Below, one piece after another: positions 1-6,475 of a stretch of 12,132 nt of DNA (positions are counted from its first letter, which is position 1; every line of letters starts with the position of its first letter). This DNA is from an uncultured archaeon (lineage in GTDB: Archaea > Asgardarchaeota > Jordiarchaeia > Jordiarchaeales > Jordiarchaeaceae), in the NCBI GenBank assembly GCA_964510585.1, contig CAZECW010000148.1, forward strand, positions 1-12,132, in the 5' to 3' direction. The position numbers were made by a program, and so were the translations under genes. The notes beneath the pieces are model-generated. The model saw only the letters and a list, made by a program, of their open reading frames with translations. It made no database searches and had not been told where the DNA came from.

Positions 1-11
1 ATCAGCAGGGT

Positions 12-146
12 CAGCAAAACATAAATGGGCAGGATGAGAATAACAGTTTGGAGTAGTGTTTCTGGCATTTTTATCACTAGTTATTTACTTGCAGAAGCAC
101 TACTCCAATTTTTCGGTTCAAATTGCACCAGAAACTTTTTATGCCC
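12..146 (+). repeat. Copy 1 of a >=135-bp hairpin-containing non-coding repeat; inverted partner at 11996-12132
   Basis: Manual alignment to the reverse complement of 11996-12132 gives about 112 matches over about 138 columns (~80%). Shared blocks include CATAAATGGG, TGAGAAT, TTGGAG, ATCACT, GAAGCACTACTCCAAT, TTTCGGTTCAAA and AAACTTTTTAYGCCC. Internal stem 48-64/92-108. Confidence 0.93.
130..142 (+). promoter_or_regulatory. Candidate archaeal BRE/TATA promoter (AGAAAC-TTTTTAT) for the dehydrogenase-ior-acd operon, lying inside the repeat end
   Basis: Purine-rich run followed by a T-rich TATA-like box about 80 bp upstream of the first start codon. It resembles AGAAGAC-TTTTATA upstream of the thiolase gene (minus strand, 10445-10458). 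Confidence 0.45.
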
Positions 147-207
147 TTTGCCAAAAAATATTTCTTTAACGTTTCTAATTGAATTATAAAGGATTTCTAA
201 CTGTTTT

Positions 208-212
208 GGAGG
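208..212 (+). promoter_or_regulatory. Shine-Dalgarno GGAGG
   Basis: GGAGG lies 8 nt before an in-frame TTG at 221, which supports 221 rather than 179 as the start. Confidence 0.7.
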
Positions 213-220
213 AATCTTGG

Positions 221-1192
221 TTGGGTAAAAAGCTTCTGGTTACGGGTATGGATTTTCTTCTGGATTGGGTTAAGCAGCATATAAAGAGTGCGGAAATAGT
301 TTGTACTTCTGATGTTTCTGAGGAGAATCTATGCCAGATGGTTAAGGATGCTGATGGAATACTGTACATGCAGGCTTTGAGTTATCCCATTACTAGGAAA
401 ATTATTGAGTCTGGTAAAAAGTTGAGGTTCATAAGTTCGGCGGGTGTGGGTTATGAACGCATCGACGTTAAGGCTGCCACGGATAATGGGGTAGTGGTAA
501 TGAATATGCCTGTGGGTACAACTGTGTCTGTGGCGGAACACACTATAGCTCTGATACTTGCGTGCGCAAAGAATCTGGTCAAGGCCCACGAAAACGTGGT
601 TAAAGGAGGATGGAGACTTTTAGCTATGGGAGTTGAATTGTGGAATAAGACTCTGGGAATAATTGGTTTTGGCAGAATAGGAAGAGAAGTGGTTAAAAGG
701 ATGCGGGGATTTGAGATGAATATCTTAGTGTACGACCCATACGTGAAGGAGGATGAAATCAAAAATTTGGGGGGCAAAAAAGTGGACTTGGAAACGCTAC
801 TTAAGGAATCAGATGTAGTCTCGATACATTCACCCTTAACCAAAGAAACCGAGGGACTAATAGGCGAGAAGGAACTGGGACTAATGAAGCCAACAGCTAT
901 CATGGTAAATACCGCCAGGGGGGAACTAATAGACGAAGATGCGCTTATTAAGGCGTTAAAGGAAAGGCGGATAAGCTACGCGGGTCTAGATGTTTTTCGA
1001 AATGAACCCATAAACAAGGATAATCCCCTACTCACCTTGGACAATGTGGTTCTGACGCCGCACATGGCGGTTCAAACATTCGACGCGGTAGTGAGAATGA
1101 TGAATCAAAATGGTATCCAAGTCGAAAAAGCTTTAAACGGAATTTATGAAAATGTGGTAAACCCCGAGGTTTTAACGAAAATGAAAAAATAA
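221..1192 (+). CDS. NAD-dependent D-isomer-specific 2-hydroxyacid dehydrogenase (SerA/glyoxylate reductase-like, no ACT domain)
   Basis: Motifs GVGYERID, SVAEH, Rossmann GIIGFGRIG, YDPY, and the catalytic Arg-Glu-His set in NTARG, LDVFRNEP and TPHMA. Start moved from TTG179 to TTG221 because of the SD. Confidence 0.9.
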   Translation: MGKKLLVTGMDFLLDWVKQHIKSAEIVCTSDVSEENLCQMVKDADGILYMQALSYPITRKIIESGKKLRFISSAGVGYERIDVKAATDNGVVVMNMPVGTTVSVAEHTIALILACAKNLVKAHENVVKGGWRLLAMGVELWNKTLGIIGFGRIGREVVKRMRGFEMNILVYDPYVKEDEIKNLGGKKVDLETLLKESDVVSIHSPLTKETEGLIGEKELGLMKPTAIMVNTARGELIDEDALIKALKERRISYAGLDVFRNEPINKDNPLLTLDNVVLTPHMAVQTFDAVVRMMNQNGIQVEKALNGIYENVVNPEVLTKMKK

Positions 1193-1195
1193 TTT

Positions 1196-1201
1196 GGAGG
1201 T
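1196..1201 (+). promoter_or_regulatory. Shine-Dalgarno GGAGGT for iorA
   Basis: GGAGGT lies just upstream of ATG1210, in a 17-bp intergenic gap. Confidence 0.75.
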
Positions 1202-1209
1202 AAAAGCGT

Positions 1210-3129
1210 ATGAGTTTAGAGGTTGGATTGGATGCTCCGGGGAAAAAGGTTCTTTTGATGGGAAACGAAGCTGTGGCCAGAGGGGCACTGGAAGGAAACT
1301 GTCAGTTTGCTGCTTCCTACCCTGGAACACCCGCTTCCGAAATATTAGAGACTATGGCTCGTTTGGCAAAGGATTTTGAAATATACGCTCAGTGGTCAAC
1401 AAATGAGGCGGCTGCTTTCTGGGCTGGAGCTGGAGCCACTTATTGTGGCTTGAGGTCAATGGTTTCGGCGAAACATCATGGTGTAGCGTGGATGACTGAT
1501 CAACTTATCCACATCTCTCACTGGCAAATTGGCAAAGGAGGGCTCGTCATAGTCATTGGAGACGACCCGAAGGGACATAGTTCAGCTAATGAGTACGATT
1601 CCAGAAATTTGGCGTCTAGAGTTTTTGAGATTCCCATTTTGGAGCCCGCGGATCCCCAAGAATCCAAAGAGTTTACTAGAATGGCGTTTGATTTTTCCGA
1701 AAAACTGAAACTTCCCATATATGTGAGGATGACCACCAGAGTGTGTCATGCGAGCGGGGATGTGATTCTGGGAGAGATTCCAAAAGAAAAGAGGGTTCCC
1801 AGCTATTATCCAACATTCTTTGAATTGGGAATGGAAATGCTCATGGCAAAGGGGTGGGTGGATGTATCCTACCTGCATGAAAGATTACACACAAAAAAGC
1901 TAAAAGAAGCTGCTGAGATATCGGAAAACTTTCCAGGCAACAAATTAGAGATGGGTGGAGGTGAGGAGATAGGGATAATTGCGTCTGGGGTTTGCCGCCA
2001 CTATGTAGAAGAGGCTGTAGACAAGCTCGGAGTTAAACCAGCGCTCCTACATTTGGGAATGTCTTTTCCACTACCCAAAGAAAAGGTGTCAAAACTTCTA
2101 AAATCCGTAAATAAAGTGATAGTTTTTGAGGAGACAGACCCAGTTATAGAAACTGAGGTTAGAGCATTGGCAGAGGACGAATCCTTGGGTGTCGAAATCT
2201 TGGGAAAAAGAAATGAGTTTACTCCCATCTCTGGCGAATTGAATCCCCTAGACGTCATGATTGTTCTTTCAAAAGCCTACGGTAAACCTCTCCCCATAAT
2301 ACCAGAAAGGAAGGAACTTAGAGAAATGATTAAGCCCTACGAGGGAATGAGGCGAATAGTTTTGTGCGCCGGCTGCCCCCATAGAGCATCCGCATATGCG
2401 GTGAAGCTAGCGGCCAAAACCTTTAAAGGAGGGTCCTATATTGGGATAGGGGATATTGGTTGCTATGGTATGATGGGGCCTCCGCCTCTAATGGCCTTCA
2501 CTCTAACTAACTGTATGGGGGGAAGCATAGGACTGGCAAACGGGATAGCCAAAACGGGAATAGACCAACCAGTGGTAGCATTCATAGGGGACTCCACCTT
2601 CTACCATGCAGGTATACCCCCTCTGATAAACGCCACCTTCAACAATGCCAAATTCACTACAATCGTCCTAGATAACCAAGTGACTGCATTAACTGGTTTT
2701 CAACCCCACCCTGGATCTGGATTCACCGCTATGGGCGATAAGACTAAGCCAGTGAAAATAGAGGATATAGCAAGGGCATGTGGAATAGAGTTTGTAGAAG
2801 TAGTGGATCCATACAATATCAAAAAGGCGGCTGAAGTAATTAAAGCTGCTTTTGAGCATCCTGGGGCATCCCTTGTGATATGCAGGAGGCTGTGTTCAAC
2901 GGAGGCCCTAAGAAGGAGGAGAAGCGAGGGATTACCGCCACCAAAGCCCTTCATGGTAGACCCAGATTTGTGTAATGGATGCAAAATATGTATAAATGAG
3001 TTTGGTTGCCCAGCAATGATCTGGGATGAGAAAACAAAGAAGGTATCAATAGATGAAACCCTCTGCATAGGTTGTGCGGTCTGCACCCAAGTATGCCCAG
3101 AAAGAGCACCAAAAGCAGTTAAGGAGTGA
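1210..3129 (+). CDS. iorA: Indolepyruvate:ferredoxin oxidoreductase subunit alpha
   Basis: LLMGNEAVARGALE, YPGTPASEI, LCAGCPHR, GDIGCY, TPP-binding IGDSTFYHAG/LDN, and two C-terminal 4Fe-4S motifs (CNGCKIC...CP, CIGCAVCTQVCP). Confidence 0.93.
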   Translation: MSLEVGLDAPGKKVLLMGNEAVARGALEGNCQFAASYPGTPASEILETMARLAKDFEIYAQWSTNEAAAFWAGAGATYCGLRSMVSAKHHGVAWMTDQLIHISHWQIGKGGLVIVIGDDPKGHSSANEYDSRNLASRVFEIPILEPADPQESKEFTRMAFDFSEKLKLPIYVRMTTRVCHASGDVILGEIPKEKRVPSYYPTFFELGMEMLMAKGWVDVSYLHERLHTKKLKEAAEISENFPGNKLEMGGGEEIGIIASGVCRHYVEEAVDKLGVKPALLHLGMSFPLPKEKVSKLLKSVNKVIVFEETDPVIETEVRALAEDESLGVEILGKRNEFTPISGELNPLDVMIVLSKAYGKPLPIIPERKELREMIKPYEGMRRIVLCAGCPHRASAYAVKLAAKTFKGGSYIGIGDIGCYGMMGPPPLMAFTLTNCMGGSIGLANGIAKTGIDQPVVAFIGDSTFYHAGIPPLINATFNNAKFTTIVLDNQVTALTGFQPHPGSGFTAMGDKTKPVKIEDIARACGIEFVEVVDPYNIKKAAEVIKAAFEHPGASLVICRRLCSTEALRRRRSEGLPPPKPFMVDPDLCNGCKICINEFGCPAMIWDEKTKKVSIDETLCIGCAVCTQVCPERAPKAVKE

Positions 3130-3136
3130 AAAGGTA

Positions 3137-3724
3137 ATGAAGAAAAATTTTGATATACTGATAGCGGGAATAGGTGGACAGGGAGGAGTTCTAACTTCCA
3201 GAATAATAGGAGACGCGGCAATTGAGGCAGGTTACCACGTAACCGTAGGCGAAACATTTGGAGCCAGCCAAAGAGGAGGCTCAGTTATCACTCATATTAG
3301 GCTTGGGAAGGAGAGAATTTACGGTCCGCTCATACCCGAGGCGAGTGGTGACGCAGTGATTGGGTTGGAGCCACTTGAATCACTTAAGTGCGCGGTGAAA
3401 TTTCTTAAAACTAACGGGATAATAGTGACCAATGAGCGGCCAGTACTGCCACCGGACAAAAATTATCCCGAACTGGATAAAATATTTGAATCCGCAAGGA
3501 AAATTCCCGCACAACTATTCTCAATTGATAGCATTAAGCTGGCTAAAGAAGCAGGAGACATACTCTCGTCAAACATTGTTATGATAGGCGCAGCTTATGC
3601 GGTAAAGGCGCTCCCCATAGAAGAGGAACATTTGAAGAATTCCATCCGAAGTAAACTCCCCAAAGCAGTCGATTTAAATCTTAAGGCATTTGAATTAGGG
3701 AAAAAGGCGATGGAGAAGAAGTGA
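3137..3724 (+). CDS. iorB: Indolepyruvate:ferredoxin oxidoreductase subunit beta (POR gamma-like)
   Basis: ILIAGIGGQGG, ETFGASQRGGSV, LEPLE, NIVMIGA, NLKAF. Directly follows iorA. ATG3137 is preferred over 3074, which would overlap iorA. Confidence 0.92.
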   Translation: MKKNFDILIAGIGGQGGVLTSRIIGDAAIEAGYHVTVGETFGASQRGGSVITHIRLGKERIYGPLIPEASGDAVIGLEPLESLKCAVKFLKTNGIIVTNERPVLPPDKNYPELDKIFESARKIPAQLFSIDSIKLAKEAGDILSSNIVMIGAAYAVKALPIEEEHLKNSIRSKLPKAVDLNLKAFELGKKAMEKK

Positions 3725-5157
3725 TGTCTGAAGAAAACCGGATTGTCCAGCAACTCACCCCCCTTTTTAAACCCTCGTCTGTTGCCATAATAGGAGCCTC
3801 CTCCACCCCCATGAAGTTCCCAACCTGGGTCACATCCACCGCCCTAAAAAGCGGTTTCCGGGGTAAAATATATCTTGTAAATCCCAGAACCAAAGAAATC
3901 CAAGGAATAAAAACCTACCCCAGCATATTAGACATAAAGGATAACGTGGACCTGGCGGCAATAATAATACCCGCGGAACTAATTCCGGGCGTGATGGAGG
4001 AATGCGTTGAGAAGGGTGTTAAGGCTGCAATCATATTTTCTTCGGGTTTCAGAGAAATAGGGGAAAAGGGAATAAAAAGGGAAGAGGAAATACTCAGAAT
4101 AGCTAGGAGAGGGAACATTAGGCTGGTTGGCCCCAACTGTATGGGAATCTACAGCTCAGAAGTAAACCTCACCCTATCCATAATTTCATTTAAGGAGAAG
4201 GGAGAGATAGCATTCATAACTCAGAGCGGCGGCTACGGCATAGAGATATGCTCCTCGGCTATGTCTAAGGGCATAAATTTTAGCAAGTTCATAAGCGTGG
4301 GCGACAAAATAGACATCCAAGACTATGAGTACCTGGAGTACCTTTACCAAGACCCAGACACCAAAGCAATTATGATGTACATAGAGGGAATAGAGAAGGG
4401 AAGGGAATTCCTAAACGCTGCAAAAAAGGTAACTCGAAAGAAGCCCATATTTGTAATAAAAATTGGAAGAACAATGGAAGGCAGCAGAGCCGCAAGCTCC
4501 CACACTGGCGCACTAGCTGGAAAAGACGCTATATACGACGCAGTTTTCAAGCAGAGCGGAATAATAAGAGCATATGATGTGGAAGAACTCTTCGACTATC
4601 TAAAAGCCTACCTGACTCTACCCCTACCAAAGGGAAACCGCGTGGGACTACTCGTGGGAAGCGGCGGGGTGGGCTGCGCAGCCACAGATAAATGCATAGA
4701 GTTGGGTCTACAGGTTCCAGAAATAAGCGAAGAAAACAAAAAAATGTTAAAAACTATTCTCCCAGAATTCGCATCCGTCAGGAACCCAGTAGACTTCACA
4801 GCATCCGGAGCACAGGGAATATTCACAAACACCCAAGTACTCAAAAAGCTCTTTGCAGACCCAAACATTGACGCCTGGTTTTTCGGAGGCTTCACCAGCT
4901 CATCCATAGCAGAAATAAAAGACATAATAGAACAATTCAGACCAGTCATAGACAAAATAAATTCCAAAGATTTAATGGGCGAACTCAAAGTGCCTCTAGT
5001 TGGATCCATGGATGAAAACGATATAGTTAGACCAATTATGGAAAAAATGTTCGGCGCAGTATTCTACCCAACACCCGAAAGAGCGATCCGAGCGATATCC
5101 GCACTACACAGATACGGAAAATATTTGGAAATGATCAAAAAATGTGTGAACGGTTGA
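3721..5157 (+). CDS. acdA: Acetate/acyl-CoA ligase (ADP-forming) alpha subunit
   Basis: FKPSSVAIIGAS CoA-binding fold, VGPNCMG, AFITQSGG, phospho-His motif SHTGALAG, NPVDFT. GTGATG start overlaps the iorB stop (ATG3724 is the alternative start). Confidence 0.9.
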   Translation: MMSEENRIVQQLTPLFKPSSVAIIGASSTPMKFPTWVTSTALKSGFRGKIYLVNPRTKEIQGIKTYPSILDIKDNVDLAAIIIPAELIPGVMEECVEKGVKAAIIFSSGFREIGEKGIKREEEILRIARRGNIRLVGPNCMGIYSSEVNLTLSIISFKEKGEIAFITQSGGYGIEICSSAMSKGINFSKFISVGDKIDIQDYEYLEYLYQDPDTKAIMMYIEGIEKGREFLNAAKKVTRKKPIFVIKIGRTMEGSRAASSHTGALAGKDAIYDAVFKQSGIIRAYDVEELFDYLKAYLTLPLPKGNRVGLLVGSGGVGCAATDKCIELGLQVPEISEENKKMLKTILPEFASVRNPVDFTASGAQGIFTNTQVLKKLFADPNIDAWFFGGFTSSSIAEIKDIIEQFRPVIDKINSKDLMGELKVPLVGSMDENDIVRPIMEKMFGAVFYPTPERAIRAISALHRYGKYLEMIKKCVNG

Positions 5158-5159
5158 CT

Positions 5160-5200
5160 GTACTGATATAAATGTTATAAAAATAAAGGGGGAGGGAAGG
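5160..5200 (-). terminator. Possible pyrimidine/oligo-T archaeal terminator after the SDR gene
   Basis: The minus strand reads CCCTTCCCTCCCCCTTTATTTTTATAACATTTAT directly after the SDR stop, in a 47-bp convergent gap. Confidence 0.4.
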
Positions 5201-5204
5201 GTTT

Positions 5205-6158
5205 CTAGCTTAGGGCACTCATTATTATTCCCGCTAATTCTTCTCTTGGGGGCTGTTTTGCTATTAGTTCTTTTAGTTTTGGCCCTATTTCTTCCGGCTT
5301 CCAGAATCCTGGTGGAGAGCGTTTCACGGGTTCGCTGGATTTCCAGCTGTGCAGCAGCCACATGTTCCCGCCAACCACTCTTATAACTTGGCCGGTTACA
5401 TCTTTAGCCTCGTCGGAAGCTAGGTAAACCACAAGGGGAGCCATAGCTTCGGGACTCAAGACGTCGTATCCATACTTCTTTTCGAAATCCTCCTTAGTTC
5501 CCATCATAGGAGCCAGTGAGGGCGTTGCCTCGGTTGTTAGTCTGGTTCGGGCAACAGGTACTATAACATTGGCTGTTACCCCGTATTTCGCCATTTCTTT
5601 GGCCACTATGAGGGTAAAGGCGGTTATTCCGGCTTTCGCGGCTCCGTAGTTGCTCTGACCTGGATTATATAGTAGTCCAGCGTCGGAGGTGGTGTTTATT
5701 ATTCTTCCTGCTACGGGTTTTCCTTCTTTGGACTGGGCTCTCCAGTAGTTGCAGGCGTGTCTGGTGCAGTTGAATGTTCCCTTGAGGTGAACCCCTATTA
5801 CTGCGTCGAAATCTTCCTCTTCCATGTTGAATATCATTTTGTCTCTAAGGATTCCCGCATTGTTGACCAGTATGTCCAATTTGCCAAAGGTGCTAATGGC
5901 TTGATCAATTATTCTTTTTGCTCCCTGGAAGCTTGTGACGCTCTCATAGTTGGGGGCGGCTTCCCCTCCCATCTTCTTGATTTCGTTTACTACGTCGTCG
6001 GCTGGACCGTGGAACTCGCCTTTTCCATTGTGGCTTCCGCCCATATCGTTTACTATGACTTTTGCTCCGTGTTTTGCTAGAAGTAGGGCTTCTTCTCGTC
6101 CTAAACCTCTTCCAGCGCCAGTAACTATAGCTACTTTACCTTTAAGTGATATTGGCAT
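5205..6158 (-). CDS. Short-chain dehydrogenase/reductase, MFE-2 (3R)-hydroxyacyl-CoA dehydrogenase / PRK07791-like
   Basis: TGAGRGLG, VIVNDMGG, LVNNAGILRD, VHLKGTF, RIINTTSDAG, GQSNYGAAK. SD GGTGA at 6166-6170 (minus strand), 7 nt before the ATG. Confidence 0.88.
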   Translation of the reverse strand: MPISLKGKVAIVTGAGRGLGREEALLLAKHGAKVIVNDMGGSHNGKGEFHGPADDVVNEIKKMGGEAAPNYESVTSFQGAKRIIDQAISTFGKLDILVNNAGILRDKMIFNMEEEDFDAVIGVHLKGTFNCTRHACNYWRAQSKEGKPVAGRIINTTSDAGLLYNPGQSNYGAAKAGITAFTLIVAKEMAKYGVTANVIVPVARTRLTTEATPSLAPMMGTKEDFEKKYGYDVLSPEAMAPLVVYLASDEAKDVTGQVIRVVGGNMWLLHSWKSSEPVKRSPPGFWKPEEIGPKLKELIAKQPPREELAGIIMSALS

Positions 6159-6240
6159 TTTTATATCACCCTAAAAAGCAACTATTAATAATTCGATTAC
6201 CATTTAGATAACTGATTCATAAGCATTTCGTCTACTTTAA

Positions 6241-6275
6241 GAGGGCAGCGTAGAAATGTTGGATTCTACTCCCTC
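6241..6275. other. Imperfect hairpin in the divergent SDR/ATPase intergenic region
   Basis: GAGGG(6241-6245) pairs with CCCTC(6271-6275), and GTAGAA(6250-6255) pairs with TTCTAC(6264-6269); 8-nt loop. Confidence 0.4.
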
Positions 6276-6396
6276 ACTTCAAGGTTCTAAATTGAAAAAG
6301 AAGCTATATAAACGCTTATTTTGGAAGTGAAATCGAAAAATTCTAAATTGCTTCCTGCCCTTTTTTCTGCGGATAAAATATTAATACAATACAGAG

Positions 6397-6440
6397 TTAT
6401 ATAGAATTTATGTAAAGTTGCCTTCATGGTTTAGAGGAGG
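6397..6440 (+). promoter_or_regulatory. Candidate TATA box (TTATATA, 6397-6403) and SD (GGAGG, 6436-6440) for the P-type ATPase
   Basis: TTATATA preceded by ACAGAG; GAGGAGG about 30 bp downstream; in-frame ATA 8 nt after the SD. Confidence 0.55.
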
Positions 6441-6475
6441 ACTCCAGTATAATTGAGATTAAAAACTGGCACAGT

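Noticed and set aside
58-135. Alternative 8-bp pairing GTTTCTGG (58-65) / CCAGAAAC (128-135), suggesting a switch
   Set aside because: Not preserved in copy 2, so probably chance.
12-146. CRISPR repeat/leader, SECIS, C/D-box or tRNA interpretation of the repeat
   Set aside because: There is no spacer-separated array and no cas genes, no properly placed AUGA/GA quartet or box C/D, no in-frame TGA selenoprotein, and no cloverleaf.
34-189. 51-codon ORF (MRITVWSSVSG...) running through repeat copy 1
   Set aside because: The homologous frame in copy 2 has an indel and stops after 20 codons. Conservation follows the hairpin, not the codons.
179-220. Longer start at TTG179 for the dehydrogenase
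   Set aside because: The extension contains the GGAGG SD, which is correctly spaced for TTG221.
3074-3136. Longer start for iorB
   Set aside because: It overlaps the iorA 3' end. The IorB fold begins at MKKNFDILIAG (3137).
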